Below, one piece after another: positions 1 through 8,461 of a DNA stretch of 64,000 nucleotides. The DNA comes from a virus (Duplodnaviria; Caudoviricetes): IMG/VR virus record IMGVR_UViG_3300047160_005605, positions 1 through 64,000 of that record. The stretch is one strand, 5' to 3'. Below the pieces are notes generated by a model. That model did not search any database, was not told where the DNA came from, and was given only the letters and a program-made list of their open reading frames with translations. The first letter of the stretch is position 1, and the number at the start of each line of letters is the position of its first letter. The translations under genes were made by a program, and so were the position numbers.

Positions 1-576
1 GCGGCGCTCATTAAGATGCACAGTCGCAACTTCTTCAGCACTGTTGAAAAGAGACAGCGCTCAACTCTGACGCACACGATTACGTGTGCTGTGCTCGCAG
101 CGTAGCGAACGCAATTGACAAATCGACTCAAGACTCAACTTTGAGCGCCCAGACGCGCCACAAGCGATTTGTGAACGTCTAACAAGTGCTCAAAGCGAAT
201 AGCTCTAGACGTGCTTTCGTTGTGTCTGCTCTCTGCTCGACATGTAATCACTCGCACTGTGCTCTGTGTGCTGTGCGAACTATTCACAGTGCTCTTGTGA
301 GCGACAGCAAGCTTTCAATCACTGCGTTAATCTTTCGACTGAGAGAGCAACAGATAAAAGCGACAGCGCCTGAGAGCATATCTCTGTGAGTCAAGCGAGC
401 ACAGCAACAGCGCGGCGCTATCGAGCGCCAATTGCGCCAAGCGACTTACACAAGCTGAGCGTCACTCAAGAGCGAGTGACGTGCACTTGTCTAAGCTGTG
501 TTCGTCATGAGTGACACAAGCAAGTCACTTTTCAGTGACAGTCGCAAGCTTCAATTGACTTGAGACACAAGCGCTC

Positions 577-645
577 AGCGAGCACAGCATCAAGCTGTGC
601 TCGCTGTCGCTTAGACGCTTGCTCTGTGTGCGAGCGTCTAAGCGA
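577..645. repeat. Two adjacent perfect inverted repeats
   Basis: agcgagcacagc(577-588)/gctgtgctcgct(594-605) and tcgcttagacgct(607-619)/agcgtctaagcga(633-645). Confidence 0.85.
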
Positions 646-703
646 GCGCTGTCTTGTGACAGCGTATTGTCAACGTGTCTCAAATTGAAAGAGAGCTAGA
701 CAA

Positions 704-1291
704 ATGCAAGTTGTTTTCACTGAGCGACAGCGCCAGCTATTGGCGCTTGCTGAGCGCTGGCGCAAGAGTCAGCGCGAGCAGCGCAAGCAGAGCGAGCAAG
801 AGCAGCGCGAAGCGAAAGCGAGCGTCAGCAAACGCTTGACGCGAAGCGAGCAAGAGCAGCTAGCAAGCGCCCGCATTGCACAGCGCAAGCGAGCGCAAGA
901 GCAGCAAGAGCAAGAGCAGCGCGCCAAGCGCTCTGCTCTCTTGTGCGAACTAGCTGCGAAGCGCGTCAGCTTTCAAGCTGTGTGCAAAAAAGCTTATATA
1001 AGCAAGCTTGAATACGACAGCGCCAAGCAAAAGCACGTCAAGCGCACAATCGTCATTCGCTGTCGCACGTTGTACATAAGCGCTGACGCGCTCAACACTG
1101 TGCGAAAGCTGTTCTTGAGCACACGTAACAAAGAAGTCAGATATGTGCTGAGCGAAGCGAAAGCGCCCGATGATACAGACTATCGGCGCGTAGCGTCACT
1201 CACACACAATGAGGCGCTTGATTATCTGACGCGCTTGCTGACAAAAGATCGAGCATACACTGCAATGCATGAGCTACTGAATTGTAATTGA
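704..1291 (+). CDS. Hypothetical early protein with Q/E/R-rich coiled-coil N-terminus; contains no Gly
   Basis: 195-aa ORF preceded by the leader box GTGTCTCAA...AAAGAGAGCTA; followed by a terminator-like hairpin. Confidence 0.75.
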   Translation: MQVVFTERQRQLLALAERWRKSQREQRKQSEQEQREAKASVSKRLTRSEQEQLASARIAQRKRAQEQQEQEQRAKRSALLCELAAKRVSFQAVCKKAYISKLEYDSAKQKHVKRTIVIRCRTLYISADALNTVRKLFLSTRNKEVRYVLSEAKAPDDTDYRRVASLTHNEALDYLTRLLTKDRAYTAMHELLNCN

Positions 1292-1299
1292 GTCAAGCG

Positions 1300-1343
1300 A
1301 AGCTGAGTGAGTGACAAGCAATTGTCACTCACTCAGCTTTTGC
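1300..1343 (+). terminator. 18-bp perfect hairpin followed by a T-run, likely intrinsic terminator
   Basis: aagctgagtgagtgacaa-gcaa-ttgtcactcactcagctt then ttgc, just after the 704-1291 stop. Confidence 0.6.
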
Positions 1344-1348
1344 AGCTT

Positions 1349-1388
1349 TTGCGAAAGCATTGACAAGCGTATGTCAATGCTTTCGCAA
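1349..1388. repeat. 17-bp perfect inverted repeat containing TTGACA on both strands
   Basis: ttgcgaaagcattgaca-agcgta-tgtcaatgctttcgcaa. Confidence 0.8.
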
Positions 1389-1469
1389 GTGCTGTTAGCT
1401 GTGCACACACTTGAGCAGAGCGAGCACTTTGCTTGCTCTTGCTACTTCAGCACAGCGAGAGAGCTAGAC

Positions 1470-2021
1470 ATGTCACAAGTCAATTTTGCAGACGTTGTAA
1501 ACTGCGGCGCGCTGAGTGACAATGCTATGTCACAAGCGCTCAAGTCGCTCGCGATGCGAAGCGCTGCTCGCAGCACAGCGAGCAAGAGCGACAGCAAGAG
1601 CGACAAGCGCAAGCGCAAGAGCGCCAAGAGCGCGAAAGCGAGCGTCAGCGCCCAGACGTACGTGCAGACGAGAGCACAGCACAGAGAACAGTATTACAGC
1701 AAGCGCAAGATCGCTCATCATGCGAACACTGCTCAATTCAGTGTCAAGCGCCCCGGCGTAATCGCAACGATTATTGACGTGTTGCGAGCAGCGAGCGAGC
1801 AGCGCCCAGTGACGAAAGAGCAAGTGCTCGACAAGCTGTGCAAGCGCTTCACTGAGCGCCCGCGCGAGCACATGAAAGCGACTGTTAGTATGCAAGTCAA
1901 AAGCGGTTTGCGAATCGAAAAGCAGCTTGAGGTCAGCGAAAACGAAAAAGGTTTTTGGCTGACGCAAGAAGCTATCGACAAGAGCAAAGCGAGCGTCAGC
2001 ACAGCACCCAGCACGAACTAA
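1470..2021 (+). CDS. Basic protein with C-terminal winged-helix-like domain (paralog 1 of 3)
   Basis: ATG at 1470 after GAGAGAGCTAGAC; C-terminal GVIATIIDVL...PVTKEQVLDKL...GFWL aligns with 8550-9701 and 18364-18891. Confidence 0.8.
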   Translation: MSQVNFADVVNCGALSDNAMSQALKSLAMRSAARSTASKSDSKSDKRKRKSAKSAKASVSAQTYVQTRAQHREQYYSKRKIAHHANTAQFSVKRPGVIATIIDVLRAASEQRPVTKEQVLDKLCKRFTERPREHMKATVSMQVKSGLRIEKQLEVSENEKGFWLTQEAIDKSKASVSTAPSTN

Positions 2022-2028
2022 GTCGATT

Positions 2029-2100
2029 GAAGCGAGCACAGCACACATGCTGTGCTCGCTTCGCTTGCGCTGTCGCTCTGACAGCGCAAGCGAAGCGAGC
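2029..2100. repeat. Two overlapping, mutually exclusive perfect hairpins (15 bp and 21 bp)
   Basis: 2029-2043/2048-2062 and 2054-2074/2080-2100 share 2054-2062. Confidence 0.85.
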
Positions 2101-2169
2101 AAGCGCCTAGCTGCTCGCGCCCAGCGCCCCAAGCGCTGAGCGACGAGAGGAAAGGTTGCGCTCGCTGTA

Positions 2170-2229
2170 AAGGGTTACGCGCGTAAGGGTTACGCTGCGT
2201 AAGAGGTAAGGTGTCTCAAGCGTAAGAGG
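2170..2229. repeat. Short direct repeats and palindromes at the edge of the GG-free leader
   Basis: AAGGGTTACGC at 2170 and 2185; GCGTAAG(A)GG at 2181, 2197 and 2220; palindromes TTACGCGCGTAA and TTACGCTGCGTAA. Confidence 0.75.
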
Positions 2230-2260
2230 AGCTATCTGCGGAAGTTCCTGAACTCTGCTC

Positions 2261-2464
2261 TTGCAAGAGGCAGCGCAAGCTGCGAACGAAGAGGATCCGA
2301 AGTGCAAGGGAGTCTGCAATGAACGGAGCCCCGAGCGACGTTCCCCGCCGAAGAAGAGAAGAGAATGGGATTGTGAGAGGTGCGGTCGGGGTTGGATTGA
2401 AGTTCCTGCCTGGGTCCGAACCGTCAGCGAAGCGCACGCATCGGCGGAAGAGGACCTGAAGTGA
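2261..2464 (+). CDS. Small hypothetical protein with CxxC motifs
   Basis: CKGVC and CERC motifs; stop codon embedded in repeat element copy 1; TTG start uncertain. Confidence 0.5.
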   Translation: MQEAAQAANEEDPKCKGVCNERSPERRSPPKKRREWDCERCGRGWIEVPAWVRTVSEAHASAEEDLK

Positions 2465-2552
2465 CTCCCTCTACCATGCTCTCGCAAGAGAGCATGGACT
2501 AGGTAGCCATTTCGGTTATCTGTGTCTCAACTCAAGTCAAAGGAGCTAAGTT
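2462..2552 (+). promoter_or_regulatory. Intergenic structured repeat, copy 1 of 7, plus leader box and RBS
   Basis: TGACT-C-CCT-CTA-CC[atgctctc GCAA gagagcat]GG-ACT-AGG-T-AGCCA, then TGTGTCTCAACTCAAGTCAAAGGAGCTA. Confidence 0.8.
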
Positions 2553-2900
2553 ATGAAAGGTACGGTGTTATGCGCCGTCTTGGTTGGCTTGTGCATAGGC
2601 TGCGAACTACCTAAGAGCGAACCAAGCGCTCAAGAGGCTATCGCAGCGGCCAAACTCATGATTGGAAGGGAACTCGCTGCGCTCCACGTTGATTCCATTT
2701 ACTTCCCCGATGATTCCGGGGAATACTGGGTCACATGGCAGAGCGACGAAAAAGGGGTCATGCACGCTATCGTGCGCGGAGTTGCTAACCTGCGCACTTC
2801 GGAAGAGGACCTCAGACTGCAATCGTGGAAGCTGGACCTGACTTACGACAAGGAAAAGCAAGTCTGGCAATCGCACGGTATGAATTGGTCTCGACAATGA
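2553..2900 (+). CDS. Putative lipoprotein
   Basis: Hydrophobic N-terminus ending in lipobox-like LCIGC; AAAGGAG RBS. Confidence 0.7.
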   Translation: MKGTVLCAVLVGLCIGCELPKSEPSAQEAIAAAKLMIGRELAALHVDSIYFPDDSGEYWVTWQSDEKGVMHAIVRGVANLRTSEEDLRLQSWKLDLTYDKEKQVWQSHGMNWSRQ

Positions 2901-2981
2901 CGGTCCCCATTACCGCGCTTGCGAGAGCGAGCGCGGACCTGGTGATCGTTTGGTGTCTCAATTCAAGTCAAAGGAGCTAAC
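2898..2981 (+). promoter_or_regulatory. Intergenic structured repeat, copy 2 of 7
   Basis: ACGGTC-C-CCA-TTA-CC[gcgcttgc GAGA gcgagcgc]GG-ACC-TGG-T-GATCGT, then GTGTCTCAATTCAAGTCAAAGGAGCTA. Confidence 0.85.
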
Positions 2982-3497
2982 ATGGGTAAGAAGATCGTCA
3001 AGAGCATTGCGGAATTGTGTGAGGATAAGGATGCCTACTGCCAAAGCGGTTACATCCGAATGAAGGACCTCATGAACCGATCAGGTCCCATGACCGATGA
3101 GACGTTCATGGATACGCAAGAAGGCGAGAAAGGGTGGCTGGAAAAACTCGGCATCAAAGAGGATGACGTGGTCTTCGTTTCCTTCTACAACGTCGCCGCT
3201 GATGATTACTGTCTCAAGCTGGAAGGGTACGAACTCTTCGCGGAAATGGACGATTATACCGTAATCGTCTATAAGGACGGGAAGCTGATCGGCGGGTACT
3301 ACTGCTCGACAAGAGGTTGCGCCTATCATGCGAATTGCTGGATCGGCAATACTGACCCCGAGCAATTCCTCGGTGCGGTCAGTTGGGATGACGAGAAGGA
3401 AGGAGTCAAAGCGCATACCTGGTTCAAGACCACCAGCGATATCGCAAAGGACCTTGCAATCGACCATCAGAACCGCGTCGTCAACCCCCTGCGATGA
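2982..3497 (+). CDS. Hypothetical early protein
   Basis: 171-aa ORF flanked by repeat elements, strong RBS. Confidence 0.8.
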   Translation: MGKKIVKSIAELCEDKDAYCQSGYIRMKDLMNRSGPMTDETFMDTQEGEKGWLEKLGIKEDDVVFVSFYNVAADDYCLKLEGYELFAEMDDYTVIVYKDGKLIGGYYCSTRGCAYHANCWIGNTDPEQFLGAVSWDDEKEGVKAHTWFKTTSDIAKDLAIDHQNRVVNPLR

Positions 3498-3567
3498 CTC
3501 CCATTACCGCGCTCGTCAGAGCGCGGACCTGGTAGCCATTCCAAACTCAAGTCAAAAAGGAGCTAAG
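3494..3567 (+). promoter_or_regulatory. Intergenic structured repeat, copy 3 of 7
   Basis: ATGACT-C-CCA-TTA-CC[gcgctc gtca gagcgc]GG-ACC-TGG-T-AGCCAT, then CTCAAGTCAAAAAGGAGCTA. Confidence 0.85.
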
Positions 3568-4329
3568 ATGGGAAAGAAGCGCAAGCGTGTTTCCGCTGAA
3601 AGGCGGCTCCGCGAGCGCGATGAGCAGGAATCCAAACCAACTCTGTGTTGGCACGGACCTGATGAGCGTGAGGATGACTTGACTTCGGATCACATTTGGG
3701 AAACTGAGTGTGGATCTTACCGAATCATACGTTCGGTGAGCAAGTTGGGTCAAACGAACCGCTTCATCGCGCTCGTGAAGGAGCAGTATCACAATGGTCC
3801 TAGCTGGGACTTCGTTGACCGCCGCCCCGAAGGGAACTATCCGAGAGAGCATCGCACTTTACCGGATGCTTTTCAGGCAGTGAATATGCACTGTCTGGAA
3901 CGGCGAAAAGTTGTCCCCACTAGCAATGAGGAAGAGGTGTTGGTTAGCGCTGAAAAGCAGAAACTAACACTTCTCCCCTATGCTGTCCCCGCAAGTCGCC
4001 TAATAGCCAGCAATGCATTGCCTTCGCCCTCTCCGCGAGCACCTAGCAAAGCTAGCTCTCCAAAAGCTAGCTCAAGCTCAACGGTGAGGAGAAACGGCGT
4101 GCTGGTATTCGGGCGCTATCCGTTGTCGAGAGTAGGCAACTGGATGGGACTGAAAGGTGGATGGGACCTTGCTCGCGCCAAGCGAGCGCTTGAGAAGGTC
4201 GGTGTAGACCTTGCGAGCGTGAAGGATTCGACGCTCAAGACCGCCTTGACAGACGGAAGGAACCCCAAGTATTCTAAACCGGCTGACTTGATGGATTCGG
4301 AAATCAAGCAGCTGGAAGGAGTGAAGTAA
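3568..4329 (+). CDS. Hypothetical early protein with N-terminal VSAERRL motif
   Basis: ATG 3568 follows AAGGAGCTAAG; the longer ORF in the track runs through the repeat element. Confidence 0.8.
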   Translation: MGKKRKRVSAERRLRERDEQESKPTLCWHGPDEREDDLTSDHIWETECGSYRIIRSVSKLGQTNRFIALVKEQYHNGPSWDFVDRRPEGNYPREHRTLPDAFQAVNMHCLERRKVVPTSNEEEVLVSAEKQKLTLLPYAVPASRLIASNALPSPSPRAPSKASSPKASSSSTVRRNGVLVFGRYPLSRVGNWMGLKGGWDLARAKRALEKVGVDLASVKDSTLKTALTDGRNPKYSKPADLMDSEIKQLEGVK

Positions 4330-4355
4330 GGTGAAACTGTCGAAGAAACACGCGA

Positions 4356-4733
4356 TTGGACCAGATCCTCAAGAACAGCACGTACCTTCCCGAAGCGGGT
4401 TTGGTAGTGCAGCTTCGCAAGGCGCTGGAAAAGCTGGGCGAGGTAGCGCTCGGTCAGCTAAACGTCATCATCATGTGCAAGGAATCGGATGCACGGATGA
4501 CGTTTGTGATGGAAATTGCCAATCGGGAAGTCCCGGAAAGGAAACCGCCCTGGGTGGTGCACTTCCGTCGTAATGATGGAACGGATGAGATTTTTGGTTC
4601 ATTCGAGGACGAAAAGGCAGCCGACGAGTGGACCGAGATGTTTATCGCTCAGTGCGAGAAGGAGGACGGAAAGTTCGATGGCGTCTGCGCTCCTCAAGAG
4701 CTGTCCGACCCGAAGTTTTCCGATCCCGCGTAA
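4356..4733 (+). CDS. Hypothetical early protein
   Basis: 125-aa ORF whose TAA forms the start of repeat copy 4. Confidence 0.7.
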   Translation: MDQILKNSTYLPEAGLVVQLRKALEKLGEVALGQLNVIIMCKESDARMTFVMEIANREVPERKPPWVVHFRRNDGTDEIFGSFEDEKAADEWTEMFIAQCEKEDGKFDGVCAPQELSDPKFSDPA

Positions 4734-4811
4734 CGATCCCCATTACCACCCTCTCGCGTGAGAGGGTGGACCTGGTGACCGTTCTGTGTCTCAAGTGAAA
4801 GGAGCTAGGTT
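4731..4811 (+). promoter_or_regulatory. Intergenic structured repeat, copy 4 of 7
   Basis: AACGATC-C-CCA-TTA-CC[accctctc gcgt gagagggt]GG-ACC-TGG-T-GACCGTT, then TGTGTCTCAAGTGAAAGGAGCTA. Confidence 0.85.
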
Positions 4812-5432
4812 ATGCTGTGGAAAGCCAGCAGTGTGTACGATGCAGGAACCATTTCCTTCGACATGGCCGACACTTTCCAGGCCGCTTGGGAGTATCTTTG
4901 GGATAAAAACCAAAAGCTCCTCAAGAAATGGGACCGCTCGTACTACCACTACGTCTCGGCGACGGATCTGGTGCGGCGCTTCCGCGCTTCGCTGGTCGAG
5001 CGCATTGACAAGCGACCGTATGGGTCGCTCGATTGCGACGGCTACGGTGTGCGCGTGCATCTCAACGGCAAGGGCATGACCCTGCTTGGATGGGCACGCG
5101 ACTGGTTGTATTGTCAGGTCCGAGCAGGGAAGCTCGAGGCGTACAACCCGAAAGGTTCGACCTGCAGCGGTTTGCGCTTCCGACCTGTAGGGGCTTCCTA
5201 CTCGGCAGCGGAGATCGAGCTGCGCAGCCTCAGCAAGGAGGAGAGGTCGCGCCGCTATCGCATTTACCACGCAAAGGACGTGGAAGGCGGTGCTCTGTGT
5301 GGTGTCAAGAACCGAAGCATGGGCGGTCGGCATCCGTTCCGAAAGCGCATCGCTATCGTCGGTGAGGATGGCAAGGTGACGTGCAAGCGCTGTCTCCGCG
5401 CGATGGAGATGCGGAAGTTCCTAAACTCCTGA
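4812..5432 (+). CDS. Hypothetical early protein with C-terminal Cys/His motif (YH...LCG...VTCKRC)
   Basis: 206-aa ORF, strong RBS. Confidence 0.8.
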   Translation: MLWKASSVYDAGTISFDMADTFQAAWEYLWDKNQKLLKKWDRSYYHYVSATDLVRRFRASLVERIDKRPYGSLDCDGYGVRVHLNGKGMTLLGWARDWLYCQVRAGKLEAYNPKGSTCSGLRFRPVGASYSAAEIELRSLSKEERSRRYRIYHAKDVEGGALCGVKNRSMGGRHPFRKRIAIVGEDGKVTCKRCLRAMEMRKFLNS

Positions 5433-5437
5433 GGAAT

Positions 5438-5530
5438 TGACGATCCCCATTACCACCCTCCTGTGAGGAAGGAGGGTGGACCTGGTGACCGTTATGTGTT
5501 TCAAGTTCAAGTCGAAAGGAGCTAGGTACT
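5438..5530 (+). promoter_or_regulatory. Intergenic structured repeat, copy 5 of 7
   Basis: GACGATCCCCATTACC[accctcct gtgagga aggagggt]GGACCTGGTGACCGTT, then TGTGTTTCAAGTTCAAGTCGAAAGGAGCTA. Confidence 0.85.
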
Positions 5531-5845
5531 ATGTACAACATGCGGAAAGCTGTGGATGCAGGGTTGCGCCAGCAGGACCATTTGGATCCGAACTGGTTCA
5601 ACAAGATTTACCGCACCAAGCTGCACATGGGAAGCTGCAAGGACTGTATGCTCGGTCAGCAGTACGGCGACTTTGAGGAAGGAGTCAAAGCGCTCGGACT
5701 GGATGACGAATCGGCGGTGAACTTGGGGTATTCGATTCCGCGCTTCATGATCTACGATGGGTGCGATTTGGTTGACCGGTTCTGGAAAGCGCTGAATCGC
5801 ATGTGGAAGGAAGCGATCATGGATCGGGAATGCTGGACCAGCTGA
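5531..5845 (+). CDS. Hypothetical early protein
   Basis: 104-aa ORF between repeat copies 5 and 6; CxxC (CKDC). Confidence 0.8.
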   Translation: MYNMRKAVDAGLRQQDHLDPNWFNKIYRTKLHMGSCKDCMLGQQYGDFEEGVKALGLDDESAVNLGYSIPRFMIYDGCDLVDRFWKALNRMWKEAIMDRECWTS

Positions 5846-5927
5846 CGATCCCCATTACCGCCCTGGCAACAGGGCGGACCTGGTGACCGTTGGTTACCAT
5901 TCAAGTCAATTGGAAAGGAGCTATGCT
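5843..5927 (+). promoter_or_regulatory. Intergenic structured repeat, copy 6 of 7
   Basis: GACGATCCCCATTACC[gccctg GCAA cagggc]GGACCTGGTGACCGTT, then TCAAGTCAATTGGAAAGGAGCTA. Confidence 0.85.
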
Positions 5928-7052
5928 ATGGTTAAGACAGCAGAAAGGCGATTGTCCAGGGTGGATGTTATCCGGAGCAAGTTCGGACAACTCCGAAAAG
6001 ACCTGAACTACTTCCTGATCGAGAGGCAAATCGAGATTGACTTGGTCCTTGCTGCTATGGTCTGTGCAGAGCATTGCCTGCTAGTAGGCGAGCCGGGAAC
6101 GGCGAAAAGCTTGCTGGTTAGCAATGTGCGCAAGGCTATAGAAGGAGCCAAGAAACCCTTCACCGTGCACTGCTGCAAAGACACTACAAGAGGGGCGGTT
6201 TTCGGACCGACCAAGCTGAGTGCTTTGAAGGATGATCGCACGGATCGGGCACTGGCCGGTGGCGCTGCCGATACGCACTTCCTCATCCTAGAGGAAGTGT
6301 TCAAAGCAGGTCCCGCCGTTCTCGATATGTTCCTCATGCTGATTAACGAGAGGGTGTATGAGGAGGGCTTGGTTTCTGCCGAGGCTCCTCTGCGCTTCTG
6401 TCTCGCGGTCAGCAATGAGTGGAAGCCTGAAGGTTGCGAGGCAGCGCTCGCAGCTTTCTTCGATCGGTTCTTGTTCAGGAAGGAGGTCAAGCGCGTCAGC
6501 ATGAGGTCCTTGGATCGGTTGCTGTTCAGTGATATCCGCTTCGATCCGAAGGACAAGATCACGCTCGAGGAGCTTGATACGGCCACGAAGGTCGTGGAAG
6601 GGTACGAGATGACGAAGGAGGCAAGGGAAAGCTTCCGAACGATCATCGAGAACTTGCACGCGGAAGGTATCTTCCCTGGTGATCGCCGAATGCGCAAGGC
6701 GGTGAAGGCCGCTAAGGCATACGCTTTCATCTGTCAGGACGTGGAAGTGGAGACCAAGCATCTGGATATCCTAGCCCATGTGCTTTGGAATGACCCAGAG
6801 GAGCAACCGAAAAAGGCTGCTCGCATCATCGGAGTCATTGCCAATCCGACGGGGACGAAGATTACCCAGTTGCAGGAGGAGATGGAGGATGTGGTGGCCA
6901 AGAACACTCCTCAGGAGGCCGTTCCGAAGCTGAAGCACATCCAAGCTCAACTCGCCGACCTTCCAATGAATCCCCGCAAGGCGGACGCATTGGAGTATGT
7001 CGCGGACATGATTAAGGACCGCTATGACGCCGTGATAGGAAGGAGGTCGTGA
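5928..7052 (+). CDS. MoxR/RavA-family AAA+ ATPase
   Basis: Walker A GEPGTAKS, Walker B LILEE, SNE sensor, FFDRF arginine finger, DRR lid motif. Confidence 0.9.
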   Translation: MVKTAERRLSRVDVIRSKFGQLRKDLNYFLIERQIEIDLVLAAMVCAEHCLLVGEPGTAKSLLVSNVRKAIEGAKKPFTVHCCKDTTRGAVFGPTKLSALKDDRTDRALAGGAADTHFLILEEVFKAGPAVLDMFLMLINERVYEEGLVSAEAPLRFCLAVSNEWKPEGCEAALAAFFDRFLFRKEVKRVSMRSLDRLLFSDIRFDPKDKITLEELDTATKVVEGYEMTKEARESFRTIIENLHAEGIFPGDRRMRKAVKAAKAYAFICQDVEVETKHLDILAHVLWNDPEEQPKKAARIIGVIANPTGTKITQLQEEMEDVVAKNTPQEAVPKLKHIQAQLADLPMNPRKADALEYVADMIKDRYDAVIGRRS

Positions 7053-8452
7053 TGCCTAGCAAAGAGGAATTGCTGAAAATGTTCAACCTTGACAAGGGGT
7101 TGAGCAAGTCAGCGCCTGCACCGTCAAAGCCTGTCGTGCGCAAGGAAGCGCCGCAGGTCGTCAGGGATAGGGATAACTGCCTTATCCTTGACGAATGGGA
7201 TCAGGATCGCGGGATGGTGATGGCTCGCAAATTGGGCAATCCAGAGAGCGACCATCTATCCCAGTCAGCGCTCGCTGACTTGCATGGAGTGTGCTTCAAA
7301 CCTGATCCACAATTCGCTGAGGGCTGCAAGGACGAGAATCGAGAAAGGTTCATCAAGACCCTTCTTGAGTCCTCGGAATTTGCAGGTCTCAAGGCGAGCA
7401 CCACGCTAGTCGTTACCGCCAGTGAGCGTGCTGCCTACAATCTCGCCGAAGAGCTGGGCAAGGTGTGCGAAGCTGAAAAGCATCGCAAACCGAAACCTGA
7501 CTCCGCAAAGGAGGAGAGAGCGAAGGCAGGAGCGTTCATCCGAGCGGTAGCGAAGGGTGTGGACAAGACCGAAAAGGAGGTCGAAGAGATGGATGGCATC
7601 TGCCATGCGATGGGCATGGGTGAAGGCATGAGAGGTCACAATCTTGCTCCGGAACAACTCGCTGAGTTGTTCAACAAGGTTAGAAATAACCCTGTCGTGA
7701 GAAGGATCTGTGAGCTAGCGGGTCGTTACCGTCTCAGCGCTCAGAGCAAGCAGAGGAACAAGGTCGTTCACGGTTACGATGATATGGTGGGTCTGTGTCT
7801 GGACGATACGCTCGGTCTCCTGCTCCCAGAAGAGTTAATGCTTTTGGGAGAGGATGACGAGCTAGGTCTGGACGCGGCGCGCCGTCTCATGGAACGGGAA
7901 ACACTCGCCTTCGACTATCGCAGCATCGAGAAGGTAGCGAAAGGTTCCATTCTCATCACAACCGATGAGAGTGGTTCGATGCACGGCGAGCCTAATGCCA
8001 ACGCAAAAGCCTTCGCATTGGCGATGGCATGGATCGCACGCAAGCAGAATCGCTGGTGTGGTTTAGTTGGCTACAGTGGAGGCGATCCCGGTTTGCTGCT
8101 GACGCTACCTCCCCACAAGTGGGATGAGCTAGCCGTTCTTGAATGGATGGCTCACTTCTACGGTCGGGGGAGCGATCGTGACGTTCCGGTAGTCGAATTG
8201 CCAGACTTCTACCGGCAGATGAAAGCGCCGAAAGGCAAGACGGATCTGGTGATGATTACCGACGCGATCTGTCATCTGGATGCTGGCGAGATTGCAAGGT
8301 TCAACGATTGGAGAAAGGAGGAGAAGGTTCACTCAATCGCTCTTATCATCGGCAGGGAAGCGGGTGATCTGAAGCAGGTATGTGATGAGGTCTACTACCA
8401 AGCGCAGCTTGGAGTAGAGAACGAAGGTGTGGAAAAGTGTCTCTCTATTTGA
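7049..8452 (+). CDS. von Willebrand factor A domain protein (ViaA-like partner of MoxR)
   Basis: MIDAS DESGSM, distal ITDA; directly follows the MoxR ATPase. Confidence 0.85.
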   Translation: MMPSKEELLKMFNLDKGLSKSAPAPSKPVVRKEAPQVVRDRDNCLILDEWDQDRGMVMARKLGNPESDHLSQSALADLHGVCFKPDPQFAEGCKDENRERFIKTLLESSEFAGLKASTTLVVTASERAAYNLAEELGKVCEAEKHRKPKPDSAKEERAKAGAFIRAVAKGVDKTEKEVEEMDGICHAMGMGEGMRGHNLAPEQLAELFNKVRNNPVVRRICELAGRYRLSAQSKQRNKVVHGYDDMVGLCLDDTLGLLLPEELMLLGEDDELGLDAARRLMERETLAFDYRSIEKVAKGSILITTDESGSMHGEPNANAKAFALAMAWIARKQNRWCGLVGYSGGDPGLLLTLPPHKWDELAVLEWMAHFYGRGSDRDVPVVELPDFYRQMKAPKGKTDLVMITDAICHLDAGEIARFNDWRKEEKVHSIALIIGREAGDLKQVCDEVYYQAQLGVENEGVEKCLSI

Positions 8453-8461
8453 AAGGGAGGC

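Larger units (their letters stand above)
1..2148. other. Compositionally distinct leader region almost free of GG/CC dinucleotides
   Basis: From 1 to 1750 every GG or CC run I could find (~19, manual count) lies in GGCGC/GCGCC. A few exceptions occur at 1755-2010 in conserved Gly/Trp/Pro codons and nearby. Normal GG use resumes at ~2149. Confidence 0.9.

Noticed and set aside
1-389. Partial ORF 1-105 and ORF 186-389
   Set aside because: No RBS or motif support, and the biased composition makes chance ORFs likely.
2227-2320. LRKFLNS peptide echoing the C-terminus of ORF 4812-5432 (MRKFLNS)
   Set aside because: About 18-nt similarity in a frame with no start codon; possibly a recombination scar but too short to support.
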